Of a DNA stretch of 64,000 nucleotides, positions 17,760 to 28,158 are shown piece after piece. The notes under the pieces are model-generated. The model searched no databases. It saw only the letters and a list, made by a program, of their open reading frames with translations, and was not told the DNA's origin. Positions within the stretch are counted from its first letter, which is position 1, and every line of letters begins with the position of its first letter. The stretch is from a virus. The stretch covers positions 32,001-96,000 of the IMG/VR virus record IMGVR_UViG_3300036761_003567, one strand, 5' to 3'. A program made the translations under genes and the position numbers.

Positions 17760-19172
17760 ATGTCAGACGAACAGACCCTTCACGATAAGGATTCTCGCAC
17801 GTTCGGCGAGAACGAAGAACAAGCCATCATAGCGCTAGCCTTCGACCTCCCGGAGTTTTTTAGCTCCGTCGTGCCCTACCTCCAGATCGATCACTTCAAG
17901 CACATCCCGTCCAAGTTCCTGTTCGCCATCATCAAGAAACTCATAGAGAAGCACCGGGTATCGCCGACCCGCGGCCTGGTAAAGGACATTGCCAGGAAGA
18001 ATCTCACGGTCGATGACGATTATGAGCCGATCATCTCCCTCATCGACAAGCAGTCTGATCCCCGGGAAGCTCCGGTTGTCAAGCAGTCCGTCGTCGAATT
18101 CGCCAAGCGTCGCGCCCTGGGACTCCTCTACTCCAAGGAAGTCATGGAGGAAGTCTCGCGCGGAAATTATGACCGCGTGAACGAGATCGTCGAATCAGCC
18201 AGGAAGATCACCGACGTCAGCCAGACGGGAATCTGGTTCTTCGAGCGCGCTCACGAGCTCTTCACGGTGGAGAATGAGATCAAGTTCACGACGGGCTTCC
18301 CGAAGCTGGATAGGTACATCAACGACGGCGGGCCTACGATAAGCGACGTCTTCGTCTGGATGGCTCCGACTAACGTCGGCAAGACTTACATGCTCTGCAA
18401 CACGGGCGAGGCTAACGTGCGGGCCGGGCACAACGTCGTACACTTCTCCTTCGAAGGAGACATCAAGAAGACCCAGGTCAGGTACGCCGGCGCATTCACC
18501 AATGTGCCGGTCGTCACGCATATGCATCGGATGGCGCACAAGGATCAGATCACGCAAATCCTGAGCCGATGCAAGGCCCATTATGGAGCGGAACTCGTCC
18601 TCTACAAGTTTCCTGCGGACGAGGTCAGCGTAGACACCCTCCATCAGGTCATGGACTTCCTGAGGCGGAACAAGGGCTTCAATCCGAGAGTCGTGATTAT
18701 CGACTACCTGGAACTCATGGTCTCGCGGAACAAGTTCATGAACCGGGACGATTACGCTAGACAGAAGTCCATCTCCACGGAGCTGTGCGGATTCGCCGAC
18801 AAGGAAAACGTGGCAGTCTTCACGGCGACGCAGACCAACCGGTACGGCATGAACGAGGAAGAGCAGTCCAGCAAGAAGACGGCCGGGACTGGCGGCGGGA
18901 AGTCAATCGACCTGGATAAGATCGCAGAGTCCTTCGGGAAATCTATGCCGCTTTCCTACGTCGTGAGTATCAATCAGACGAAGAACGAATACGAGGCCGG
19001 CTACGACGCGAGCCGGGCTGAAAACACAGCCGCCCGAGCGAGACTCTTCATCGCCAAGAATCGGAACGGTCCGAAGTCCGAGACAGTAGCTATCCGTATG
19101 AACTACGTCACCATGAAGGCCAAGGAGGACGAGCCGGCCGTCAACATTACGACGGTAGGCGGGAATTCCTAA
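17760..19172 (+). CDS. dnaB: Replicative helicase (DnaB/T4 gp41-like)
   Basis: TTGFPKLD, APTNVGKT, FSFE, IIDYLEL, TATQTNR, IAKNRNG. Confidence 0.93.
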   Translation: MSDEQTLHDKDSRTFGENEEQAIIALAFDLPEFFSSVVPYLQIDHFKHIPSKFLFAIIKKLIEKHRVSPTRGLVKDIARKNLTVDDDYEPIISLIDKQSDPREAPVVKQSVVEFAKRRALGLLYSKEVMEEVSRGNYDRVNEIVESARKITDVSQTGIWFFERAHELFTVENEIKFTTGFPKLDRYINDGGPTISDVFVWMAPTNVGKTYMLCNTGEANVRAGHNVVHFSFEGDIKKTQVRYAGAFTNVPVVTHMHRMAHKDQITQILSRCKAHYGAELVLYKFPADEVSVDTLHQVMDFLRRNKGFNPRVVIIDYLELMVSRNKFMNRDDYARQKSISTELCGFADKENVAVFTATQTNRYGMNEEEQSSKKTAGTGGGKSIDLDKIAESFGKSMPLSYVVSINQTKNEYEAGYDASRAENTAARARLFIAKNRNGPKSETVAIRMNYVTMKAKEDEPAVNITTVGGNS

Positions 19173-19531
19173 TGCCAACTTACAACTACATCTGCGAACA
19201 TCACAAGACGGAAGATAGTCAGGATTTCGTCTTCGAAGTCAATCACGGCATGAACCAGAAGCCGGAAGTCCTCTGTCCCCAGTGCAAGAAGCCCTGTAAG
19301 AGGACTTGGCTGGGGATGACGTTCCAGTTCTTCTTCCCTGGCAATGGGCTGGTCAGAGATAAGGCAGGCGCCAGGCGTAGTATGAACCTACACCAACTCG
19401 AGAACGACGACCCCTATGGTTATATGCGCCAGCCGGGCGAGAAAGCGGACTTGGTGGACAAGCTCCGAAAGGGCGGCAAGCACCAGGGACACCCGAAGGT
19501 CATCGCGACCCACGGGATCAAGAAGAAATGA
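19172..19531 (+). CDS. FmdB-family Zn-ribbon protein
   Basis: MPTYNYIC...FEV.H.M...CPQC. Confidence 0.75.
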   Translation: MPTYNYICEHHKTEDSQDFVFEVNHGMNQKPEVLCPQCKKPCKRTWLGMTFQFFFPGNGLVRDKAGARRSMNLHQLENDDPYGYMRQPGEKADLVDKLRKGGKHQGHPKVIATHGIKKK

Positions 19532-19854
19532 GCTACTGTGGAATGCGTTTTCCAGGGTCGCCAGGTCTACTTCAAATGAAAACGTGGTACAGCGCCATCT
19601 GTCGCAAATGTGGAGAGGGCGCGCAGATCTTCGTCTCAAATCCGAGCTGTACTATGGCCTACCTTGGAGAGAAGGATAAGGAGATTCAAGCCTTCCTAGA
19701 GAAGCACTTCGGATGTGAGCTCGAGCTCATCTGGCGGGATGACCAACTGGACGCACTCTTCAATTCGGGCTGGAAAGTCAGCATTCTCCCGGGCGTCTGC
19801 CGTTATTTCCGACCGGAAAGTATTTCATCTCCGTGTCCAAGCACGCCTTCGTAA
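19528..19854 (+). CDS. Hypothetical protein (start uncertain)
   Basis: CRKC...FLEKH.GC. Confidence 0.5.
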   Translation: MSYCGMRFPGSPGLLQMKTWYSAICRKCGEGAQIFVSNPSCTMAYLGEKDKEIQAFLEKHFGCELELIWRDDQLDALFNSGWKVSILPGVCRYFRPESISSPCPSTPS

Positions 19855-21017
19855 TGTGTCAGTACACGAAGCAGTCCTCTCGTCCGCTCATGGCTGCCTT
19901 CATGGACGACGGGAGTGATGCCGTCAGATCGTACCCCCTGCTTCTCTCTGGCGTCGGTCTCAGCTTGAAGACGGTCTGGGAGAGCGCAAAGGCCATCCTT
20001 GGAGAATTCAAAGGGAGTCCTCTTCCCGCCGTAACGATGAACGACTTCAAAACGGTCCTTGATTTCCTGGACCGCGAATGCAACCTACTGGCGCATCCGT
20101 TTAACGTCTGGGATTTTGGCATCCCGAAGCAGCCGAATTACGGCACGCTGTCCGCCGAGAGGGCAAGGGAGATCTGCGAGAAGCTCGTCCGCGGCGTTGC
20201 CAGCATCCAGCCCACCCCCTGGATGAAGCTGCTTGGAAGAGCCACGCAAGTCTACCACATGCTCCAAAAGCGCGGTCTCATGAATGGCCATCTTCTTACC
20301 TATCCTCGGTATGTCCTCAACACGGTCAGTGGCCGGTCGAAGACGCTGGGTTTCAACGTCCAGGGGACGGACGCATCCTATGACGTGAAGCACCCCGATG
20401 AAGAAAAATCCTATTTCATCCATCTGGACTGGATCTCAGCAGACCTTAAGGCTGGCCAGATCCTGAGCGGGGACGAGCTCCTTGCTGAAGCCTTCAGGAA
20501 GTCCGATCCCTACACCGTCATGGCGAAGGGAGACCTGACCCGGGCAGATTGCAAGGGCATGATGATCCGTGCGCTCTATGAAATGGATCAAGATAGTCCA
20601 GCCCTTCAGTTCTGGCCAGACCTTCAAAAATGGGTCGCGGTCGAAAAAGCCAAGTTGGAAGACAGAGGCTGGACGGAGTCCGTTCTGGGTAGAAGGTTCA
20701 GAATGGCCACAGAAGGCGATCCTCTCCACAATATGAGGAGCGTATTTAACGCCTCGCTCCAGGGGACGGTAGTGCACGCCATGCACAACGCCCTCTGGCA
20801 GATTTACAAAGTGATGCCTGATTGTATCGTGGCGGAGATGCACGACTCGATTACTCTGGCAGCGAACAGGCATGCGATTAAGGAAGTTCTGAATGTCGGC
20901 GTCGAAGCCATGCTCCATCCGTTCAAGGACATACTAGATAGCAATCCGACGTTTCCGCTTCGGATTTACGTCGGCCGTCATTGGAAGAAGTGGAAGCTTT
21001 ACAAGGAAATCCGATGA
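19833..21017 (+). CDS. polA: Compact family A DNA polymerase (no recognisable exonuclease domains)
   Basis: TVSGRS..NVQ, motif A HLDWISADLK, motif B R.DCK...LY, FNASLQGT, motif C MHDS. Confidence 0.8.
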   Translation: MSKHAFVMCQYTKQSSRPLMAAFMDDGSDAVRSYPLLLSGVGLSLKTVWESAKAILGEFKGSPLPAVTMNDFKTVLDFLDRECNLLAHPFNVWDFGIPKQPNYGTLSAERAREICEKLVRGVASIQPTPWMKLLGRATQVYHMLQKRGLMNGHLLTYPRYVLNTVSGRSKTLGFNVQGTDASYDVKHPDEEKSYFIHLDWISADLKAGQILSGDELLAEAFRKSDPYTVMAKGDLTRADCKGMMIRALYEMDQDSPALQFWPDLQKWVAVEKAKLEDRGWTESVLGRRFRMATEGDPLHNMRSVFNASLQGTVVHAMHNALWQIYKVMPDCIVAEMHDSITLAANRHAIKEVLNVGVEAMLHPFKDILDSNPTFPLRIYVGRHWKKWKLYKEIR

Positions 21018-21514
21018 CAGCCCCCAAGAACAAATGGTTTGCCGACAATATTCCTGAGGACGTTGCGAATATCGTCGTCCGCATCCACGTTAAGGTGCCA
21101 GGTGGCGGCACCATCTCTCGAGACTTTAGGACTGATGTAGAAATAGACTACGACAATCTCGAAGAGCAGCTCGCAAGGACACCAAGCGCGTTTTCTTATT
21201 GGGCCGGAGTCATGAGCGAGCAGAAGATGGTGGTCGGCGTATTCGAGCGCAAGATAAAGAGACGCAGAGCCATAGTCGCAGAACAGATCCTTAATACAGC
21301 CAAGGCAGAAGGCGTTTCCCTGCGTGCCGCAGACATAAAGGAACTCATTGAGGCAGATGACATTCTGGAGAAGCTGGAAGCGGAGCTCCTGATCGCGCAG
21401 AGGTCCTCTGGCAAGCTTTACAACATCGTAGAAGCGATAAAGATGAAGTCTGAACATTTGCGGTCATTGGCGGGCTTTAAGAGACAAGAACTCAGGGACG
21501 CCGGAAGCGTGTAG
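21014..21514 (+). CDS. UvsY-like recombination mediator
   Basis: IDYDNLEEQL..TP...YW, coiled coil, EAIKMKSEHLRSL; lies next to the SSB. Confidence 0.65.
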   Translation: MTAPKNKWFADNIPEDVANIVVRIHVKVPGGGTISRDFRTDVEIDYDNLEEQLARTPSAFSYWAGVMSEQKMVVGVFERKIKRRRAIVAEQILNTAKAEGVSLRAADIKELIEADDILEKLEAELLIAQRSSGKLYNIVEAIKMKSEHLRSLAGFKRQELRDAGSV

Positions 21515-21550
21515 GCCGTATTTCACGGAGAACCATTAAAGGAGGAAGTC

Positions 21551-22627
21551 ATGACAGTGATCCGGGAGAACGAGGACATTGCGCGAATCCGCAAGCTGAT
21601 GCAGGACAAGAAGGGCGGCGGCCAGAAGGATCCGAATGAGTTCCGGTTCCCCAAGGCCAAGGAAAACGAGACGCTCACTTACTACATCAAGTTTCTACCG
21701 CCCGTTCCGAGCATGGGCGACCTCTGGTTCTACATGAACGGCAGCCACTTCATCGACAACAAGCGGCTGGAATGCCCGCGCATCCACGACCAGGGAGCGG
21801 AATGCCCGCTCTGTCAGTTCGGCTTCCAGCTGATGGACGGGATGGACAAGGAGCAGAAGAGCAAGATTGCCAAGACATACCTCGCCAGGAGCTACTACGG
21901 CGTCAACATCTACTTTCCACAGTCCACCAACGTGCAGGAAGATCTCCGCGGCAAGGTCTTCTGGGCCAACATCCCGAAGACGCTCTACGACAAATGCGAG
22001 GAATGCATCCTGCGGGACGACGCAGGAAGCGAGGATGATCCCGCGCCGTTCGGCCTGTTCTACAGCGAAAAGGCCGGATACGTCATGAAGGTCGTCATCA
22101 AGAGCAAGGGCGGCTACAACAACTACGAAGAGTCCAAGTTCCTGGTCACGACCAAGGGGCCTCTGTCCAAGGACGAGGCCAAAGTCAAGGAGATCCTGTC
22201 CAGGCGGCATGATGTGCCTACGAAATTCGTTGCACGCGATCTGGCGGCGCTCCAGGCGAAGGTGGACCAGATCCTGAAGAAACCGTCGACCGTCACGGCG
22301 GGAGACGATGCCGGCTTCCACGAGGATCACACGGAAGAACAGCCCGTGGCAGCCAAGTCTGCGCCGGCCGCAAAGCCCGCGGCAGCCAAACCTGCCCCAG
22401 CAGCAGCCAAGTCTGCGCCGGCCGCAAAGCCCGCGGCAGTCAAACCTGCTCCTCCTGCGGAGGAATTCCAGGACGAGGTTACGGAGGAAGCTCCTGCCAA
22501 GCCATCGGCTAAGACAGCGGCCGCAAAAGCTGCGCCTGCGCCGGAGCCCGAGGAGTCTCCGGCAGATGGTGGGCCCATCGCGGACGCGGAAATCGACAGC
22601 CTACTGAAGGAAATCAAGGACGAGTAG
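21551..22627 (+). CDS. T4 gp32-like single-stranded DNA-binding protein
   Basis: IKFLPP, H...CP...CPLC, GGYNNYEESKF, Ala/Pro/Lys linker with a 54-bp-period duplication, acidic tail. Confidence 0.85.
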   Translation: MTVIRENEDIARIRKLMQDKKGGGQKDPNEFRFPKAKENETLTYYIKFLPPVPSMGDLWFYMNGSHFIDNKRLECPRIHDQGAECPLCQFGFQLMDGMDKEQKSKIAKTYLARSYYGVNIYFPQSTNVQEDLRGKVFWANIPKTLYDKCEECILRDDAGSEDDPAPFGLFYSEKAGYVMKVVIKSKGGYNNYEESKFLVTTKGPLSKDEAKVKEILSRRHDVPTKFVARDLAALQAKVDQILKKPSTVTAGDDAGFHEDHTEEQPVAAKSAPAAKPAAAKPAPAAAKSAPAAKPAAVKPAPPAEEFQDEVTEEAPAKPSAKTAAAKAAPAPEPEESPADGGPIADAEIDSLLKEIKDE

Positions 22628-22652
22628 CCGGTTCTGCTAAAGCGTAATCGGA

Positions 22653-22683
22653 GGCGGGCGCGGGACACCGCGCCCGTTTCTTT
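22653..22683 (+). terminator. Intrinsic terminator-like hairpin
   Basis: CGGGCGCGG-GACA-CCGCGCCCG followed by TTTCTTT. Confidence 0.65.
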
Positions 22684-23535
22684 ATGAAGCACCTCCTGGT
22701 AGACGGCCGCAACTCGATCTACCGCGCCATGTTCGCGGGAATGGCGGACCCTGCCTTCCGAAAGTCCGGGTTCCACACCATCATCATCTTCGTTCGGTTC
22801 CTCCACCACTACCTCCGCACGTTCAGGCCATCAGAGATCCACGTATTCTGGGATGACAAGCCAGAAAACCTCTGGCGCCGGAAATTCTTCCCGGCTTACA
22901 AGGCACAAAGAAAGGCGGAGCGCGACAAGAGGAACGCCTTTGACGTCGATAAAGTCATGGCAGATTGCGTCAATGTTGCCATGGCGATCATACCGGAAAT
23001 GGGCATCCGGATGTACTTCCGTGAGACACAGGAAGCGGACGACCTAATTTACGCGTTCATTCAGACCCTGCAGGACAAGGAGTCCGCGACGATAGTCTCC
23101 AGCGATAGCGATTTCGTACAGCTCGAGAAGGGAAATGTTCATGTCTTCAATCCGATGCACACTGGACACCGGAAGGAATATAGATATCCTCTCTTAATGA
23201 AGTGCATGATGGGCGACAAGGCCGACAACATTCCCGGCTATGTCGGCATAGGTCCCAAGAGGGCTGCGAAGCTCTGTGAGAATGATGGTGAAATGAAGGC
23301 CTTCCTGAAGACCAGGGGCATCAAGACGCTCGTCGATAATAGGTTCCTCATCGATATGTCGAAGTGCCCGTTCGTTGAGGACAATGTCAAGTACGTCAAG
23401 GCTATAAGATCCTCACGCCCTGTCTTCAACGGGCCTGCCATAGAGACGGCAGCAATGCGGCTCAAGATCCGGGGTCTCATAGGGGAATTCCATAGATTCG
23501 TCCTCCCATTCAAAAATCTAACCAGGATAAGTTAA
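22684..23535 (+). CDS. 5'-3' exonuclease/flap endonuclease (T4 RNase H-like)
   Basis: LLVDGRN..YR, YKAQR, EADD, SSDSDF.QL, GDKADNIPG..GIGPKRA. Confidence 0.93.
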   Translation: MKHLLVDGRNSIYRAMFAGMADPAFRKSGFHTIIIFVRFLHHYLRTFRPSEIHVFWDDKPENLWRRKFFPAYKAQRKAERDKRNAFDVDKVMADCVNVAMAIIPEMGIRMYFRETQEADDLIYAFIQTLQDKESATIVSSDSDFVQLEKGNVHVFNPMHTGHRKEYRYPLLMKCMMGDKADNIPGYVGIGPKRAAKLCENDGEMKAFLKTRGIKTLVDNRFLIDMSKCPFVEDNVKYVKAIRSSRPVFNGPAIETAAMRLKIRGLIGEFHRFVLPFKNLTRIS

Positions 23536-23546
23536 AGGAGAAAAAG

Positions 23547-23792
23547 ATGGCAAGCGTACACGTCGCCTCCACGATTATAAAGCCGATCGACGCCACGGGA
23601 AGCGTCGTAGACAAGAACAACACGACTATCAGCGTCATGACCAAGAGCAGCTCGGAGATCCGCGTCGACGTAGCTGGATTCCCGACTATCGAAGCGTATC
23701 TCGCGGCTGAGTATGCCAGCGGGTTCAGACTCATACACATGGATCAGACCTATATCATCACGGATGATACGCTAATCGGCAGCAATCCATAA
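23547..23792 (+). CDS. Hypothetical protein
   Basis: 81 aa; AAGGAG SD; two hairpins follow (23794-23851). Confidence 0.65.
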   Translation: MASVHVASTIIKPIDATGSVVDKNNTTISVMTKSSSEIRVDVAGFPTIEAYLAAEYASGFRLIHMDQTYIITDDTLIGSNP

Positions 23793-23875
23793 CGAGCCAG
23801 CTCCCACTGGCTTGACCTAGCTGGCCCGCAGGTTCGTGCTTGCGGGCCAGCAGCGTATATAAGTCAGGGTGAACA

Positions 23876-24445
23876 ATGGGTAATTCGTGGAAAGTCGCTG
23901 AGCGAAAAGTAGCCCGTCTCCTGGGTAAGTGGGCTTGTGGAAATGAAGATGCCCTCCGCCGGATGCCCCTCCAGGGGCGCATGATGGAAGAGTATCTCGG
24001 CGACATTATAGTAAACGAGGCGGCTCCGGAAGATGTCCGAAAGAAAGGCGCCGCCTTCCTCAGCAAGTTCATGATCGACGTCAAGAAGAGGATAACCAAG
24101 CAGAGCGCTACGGGATGGCATTTCGAGCAGTTTCTGACCAGTCCGAAGCACCAAATATTTGCCTGGTGGCGAAAACTCGAGGGAGCGGCAGAGAAGTACC
24201 AGAAAATGCCACTTCTGATCATTACCAAAGGGGACAGAAACTGGTTTATATTGGTAGATGAAAAATTGTATGGTAGGGTCAAAGTCAGAAGGCAGGGTCT
24301 AATGCCGAATTCCATCACTATTAAGTGCCTGGAAGCAAAGACACTTATGGCAATGAATCTCTTTGACTTCCTGAAGATACCCGTGGAGGCCATATGGCCT
24401 GTGGAGCCTGCGGCAAGCGCCGAGAGCAGCAAGGCGCAAGCGTAG
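23876..24445 (+). CDS. Holliday-junction resolvase-like PD-(D/E)XK nuclease
   Basis: K..ERKVA..L..W, RR.P..G, GDI, IDVKKR, WW, PLLI. Confidence 0.7.
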   Translation: MGNSWKVAERKVARLLGKWACGNEDALRRMPLQGRMMEEYLGDIIVNEAAPEDVRKKGAAFLSKFMIDVKKRITKQSATGWHFEQFLTSPKHQIFAWWRKLEGAAEKYQKMPLLIITKGDRNWFILVDEKLYGRVKVRRQGLMPNSITIKCLEAKTLMAMNLFDFLKIPVEAIWPVEPAASAESSKAQA

Positions 24446-24618
24446 CCCCAAAGGGCTCACATATTGCCATAGGTCGCCCTGTCATTAGCGTCGGCGTTGC
24501 CGAACGCTGCCCCAGGTGCGGCTGGCCTATGAGACGGGTACATAAGTTCGACAGGGAGAAGAGACAGCCGACGCTCGCCCTGGTATGTATCAACAACCAC
24601 TGTAGGTTCTCTCAGTGA
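24394..24618 (+). CDS. Small Zn-ribbon protein
   Basis: MACGACG...CPRCG...CINNHC. Confidence 0.55.
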   Translation: MACGACGKRREQQGASVAPKGSHIAIGRPVISVGVAERCPRCGWPMRRVHKFDREKRQPTLALVCINNHCRFSQ

Positions 24619-25040
24619 CGCAACTATGCCAATCTCTCCTACTCTGGCTCATGGCCGCCCTGGCCGTCGAGGCCGTCACTGAGATTGTCGTATCATCCAG
24701 CCTATTCTTCGGCCTCCGTACCGGCATTTCGCGTCTTCCAGGCCGGATCGGGGCGTTCTTCGGCGAGCTCGTTTCCTGCGGCTACTGCTTTTCCGTTTGG
24801 GCAAGCGCAGCCGTGGCATGGGCCCTTCCGGGGGCCCTCTTCCCCGGCGAGTATGGCTGGGTTGCCGATATTGCCTTGCGCACGTTCGCACTTCACAGGG
24901 TATCTAACTTCATGCACGGCAAGATAAAGATGGCGTGTGACCGGCCACCCCAGGAGCATGTCCTGACGCTGTTCATCCGGGAGAAAGACGATGACCAAGG
25001 AACTGAAACTGGAACCAGTAATAGTCAAGAGCCAAGCTGA
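24615..25040 (+). CDS. DUF1360-like membrane protein
   Basis: GELVSCGYCFSVWA and hydrophobic helices. Confidence 0.65.
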   Translation: MTQLCQSLLLWLMAALAVEAVTEIVVSSSLFFGLRTGISRLPGRIGAFFGELVSCGYCFSVWASAAVAWALPGALFPGEYGWVADIALRTFALHRVSNFMHGKIKMACDRPPQEHVLTLFIREKDDDQGTETGTSNSQEPS

Positions 25041-26127
25041 CATCGTCCAGGCCCTCAAGCCTTTCATGGACGACAAGCATCAGCTCCGGGCTTCACTCCT
25101 GGAAGGCTTTGAGCTGGTCAAAAAGCGAAAGCTGTTCAACGAGAAGACGGATTCCGGTCTGGACGTGGACCAGATGCACTTCTGGGTCGATGATCTTATC
25201 AAGCAGCGGATGGGTGGCAAGCGCAAGGACATGGTCGTCGTCTGGGAGTTGCCAGAAGGGAAGTTCCAGTTCGAACCTCTAACAAAGAAGCTTTCCGATG
25301 CCTGATCAATCAGTGATGGTGGACCTCGCCCATTATGCCGCCATAAGCACTTGGCAGCCTAAGATGGGCGACATCGTAATCTGGCACGGCTGGTTTACGC
25401 ACTGGTATGGCGTCGTGAACCAGGTCCAGGCCAGTGGGCACGTTTCCGTTATCCGCGGCGGCCTTCCGCTCCTCCTGTTCACGATGGATCAGGATTCCAT
25501 GCAGAGGAAGACGAAGCTGGTTCACATCACGAAGATCAGGGCGTCCCGAGGCGGAGAATGGGCGGCTATTCAGACGGCCAACAATCAGATAACCTGGTTC
25601 GTATGACGCCAACCATCCTCCCCTATGTCCCGCTCCTCGAGCTGAAGGATGTCAAGCCAATTCTCGGGCGCCTTTGTTACTTCATAGAACCCTACAAGCT
25701 GGAAGGCGTCGCTGTAGTCATCTATCTGTCCAAAGGGCTCTTTCACGTAAAAGCCAGCAAGTGGAGTGGAATGACGGTCTCTGCTGACCTGGACGTTACG
25801 AAGATCAAGAAAGGAACGCTGGAAGCAGATATTCTGGCGAGGTGGATACCGCACATCATCAAGATTATGAAGTATGCGAAGATCATCCAGGCAGAGTACT
25901 ATTTCAGTGGGATGATGCTCGTGGACGTAAGGCTATCCGTGGACAAGTTCATCGGACCCGGCATGCTCCGGGACCTCTTTGCCAAGACCATTTCCACCCA
26001 GAAGATCTTGAAGGTCGCGGCTGCGACGGAAGAGGAAATGAAGGGCATAGCCGCGATTCTGAAGCCCTCTGTATACAAAACTATAGTAGCCGGAGATGAT
26101 ATGGTCCCCCTTTACTGCAAGATATGA
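24991..26127 (+). other. Three coupled hypothetical CDS (24991-25305, 25298-25606, 25603-26127)
   Basis: Overlapping start/stop codons. Confidence 0.6.
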
Positions 26128-26231
26128 AACTCAAGAGACTTCACTCCAACATCGCGGGCGTAACCCTCGTGAGGCCGCTTCCGATGTTCCTAGAAGCGAA
26201 GCGAAAGCGAAAGGCGCGCCGCAACAAGTAG
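26124..26231 (+). CDS. 35-aa basic peptide
   Basis: Manual translation MKLKRLHSNIAGVTLVRPLPMFLEAKRKRKARRNK* fills the intergenic gap. Confidence 0.45.
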   Translation: MKLKRLHSNIAGVTLVRPLPMFLEAKRKRKARRNK

Positions 26232-26238
26232 ATATGTC

Positions 26239-28158
26239 ATGCCCCTCATCGAATTTGTCAATCCGAACCAGCATAGCGTACACTTGATGGGTCCGGACAA
26301 GAAGGTCATCGTCGTAGGCGGCAAGCAGAAGGTCGTCCTCCAGGATTGGTTTTCCAGGTATGCGCCCAACTTCATCCGACCGGTCCGCGGAGTAGAAAGG
26401 GATTCCATCTCCGTAATCAATCCCAATACGCGTCCGCAAGTCCAAGTCGCACGTGCCACCCGACCCAAGATCCCCACTGGCATAAAAGGAATTCGAGTAG
26501 AATATGCGAATCGTGCGATCAAGGTATTGAATGAGCGGCATGGCCATCCGCGCCAGCCAGTAAACATTAGGAACCATGGTCCTATCGTCGGAAAGACGAC
26601 CTTTCACGGGGAGGTCGCGACAAAGTATTTCCAGATGATCATTCCGTCTTTCAGAATTTGCCTTTCCAACGACATTGGCGTCGGCATCTTAAGTTACAAC
26701 AGGCTCGGATCCATCCAGCGACTTCTGGCGTCTATTGCGGCTCACACGAACCTCCAGAGAACAACCGTCTTCGTCAGCGATGAGTCATCCCAGCCGGAAG
26801 TGAAGCAATGGCTGCGGACCGTCGACTGGATCGTCCTTTTGGACAATCAGGAACGTCTTGGGGTTGCAGGGAATACAAATCGCCTCATCCAATGCCTAGA
26901 TAGGTTCAGACATAAGGTCATCCTCAATGACGACGTCGAGATCCTGGCCAATGGTTGGGAGCAGTTTTATCCGGTGGCTACGGCCGAATCCGGGATCCAT
27001 CATTTCTGCTTCAGACAGCTTGGCGTCTATGGCGCAGCAAAGACTGGCGTCGTAGAAACCAGAATCAAGGGCAGGCTCATCAAGTCGGTCCATGATAAGC
27101 CGCAGGGCGCCGTGATAGCCTACGACGATGCCGCGGCCAGGGCCGTCGGCTTCATGGACGAGTCTATGGGGCTCTATGGAATGGAGCACGTCGACTGGTC
27201 CAATCGCATATCCCTTTCCGGCATCCAGCCGCGAGGGTTCCACGACGTGGAGGGCTCGGAGCAGTTCTTCAAGCTCCATAATGAGTCTTCCGCCGTCGAG
27301 GGCAGGGTTCAGCTGCTGCTCAAGGCGCGAGAGCTCTGGGAAAGCGTAAAGACAAATCCTGCTCGAATTCACGTCCAGCGCACGCCGCGTTCAGACGTAC
27401 CGAGCGTAAGCTGCGTCATTCCCTGCCGCGGTTTGGAAAGACAGAAGTCTGTCGATGCGGTCATCGCCTGTATCAAGGGCCAGAACTTCCCCGCCGTAGA
27501 GATCCTGGTCGTCGAGCAGGACGAGACGGAGAAGATCCGCCTGAGCCAGTTCGCTCGGAAGTTATTCATCAGGGCACCACGCGAACAGCCTTTCTGCAAG
27601 GCAGTCGCCTTCAACAAAGGCGTAGCAGAGACGAAGCATCTACAGCTGGTCCTGCAGGACGGGGACATTATCTTCCATAGGGATTATCTTAGAAAGCTCA
27701 TGGGCGTGCTGAAAGGGCAGCAAGGAGCCCACATCGGCAAGGAAGTTATCTACATGGACAGCGCTAGCACGAGTGAGATTATTTCCCAATTCAGAATCAG
27801 CGAGAGCCTGAAGTCGAGCCAGGTCGTCGGTTATTTCGAGGGAGGCTCTCTGGCCTGCACAAAGCAGGCGTACTTCGCCTGCGGCGGGTTCCTAGAGGAG
27901 TTCATCGGCTACGGATGTGAAGACTGCGACTTTTTCAATAGGCTCAAGAACCTCGGAAAGTTCTTCGACGTGCGGACGGAGGCCTTCATCCATCTAGATC
28001 ATGGTCGCCCGCCGGGATGGAAGGAAATTCACGCGAAGAATAAGAAGCTCTTCGCCAATCTCAAGGTCGGGCATGACATGACCCAATTGTCGGGATATTG
28101 TCGCGGAAAGCTGCGTACTGCCGGGTACGGCCCCCTCATGGATAGCCTGGGCATTTAG
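26239..28158 (+). CDS. Double-domain family 2 glycosyltransferase
   Basis: GILSYNR..LNDD..YGMEH; second domain VIPCR..VVEQD..PFCK..FN.G..LQDGD..GYGCED. Confidence 0.88.
   Translation: MPLIEFVNPNQHSVHLMGPDKKVIVVGGKQKVVLQDWFSRYAPNFIRPVRGVERDSISVINPNTRPQVQVARATRPKIPTGIKGIRVEYANRAIKVLNERHGHPRQPVNIRNHGPIVGKTTFHGEVATKYFQMIIPSFRICLSNDIGVGILSYNRLGSIQRLLASIAAHTNLQRTTVFVSDESSQPEVKQWLRTVDWIVLLDNQERLGVAGNTNRLIQCLDRFRHKVILNDDVEILANGWEQFYPVATAESGIHHFCFRQLGVYGAAKTGVVETRIKGRLIKSVHDKPQGAVIAYDDAAARAVGFMDESMGLYGMEHVDWSNRISLSGIQPRGFHDVEGSEQFFKLHNESSAVEGRVQLLLKARELWESVKTNPARIHVQRTPRSDVPSVSCVIPCRGLERQKSVDAVIACIKGQNFPAVEILVVEQDETEKIRLSQFARKLFIRAPREQPFCKAVAFNKGVAETKHLQLVLQDGDIIFHRDYLRKLMGVLKGQQGAHIGKEVIYMDSASTSEIISQFRISESLKSSQVVGYFEGGSLACTKQAYFACGGFLEEFIGYGCEDCDFFNRLKNLGKFFDVRTEAFIHLDHGRPPGWKEIHAKNKKLFANLKVGHDMTQLSGYCRGKLRTAGYGPLMDSLGI

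Noticed and set aside
22349-22450. 54-bp-period repeat in the SSB gene as a special element
   Set aside because: An ordinary low-complexity Ala/Lys/Pro linker duplication
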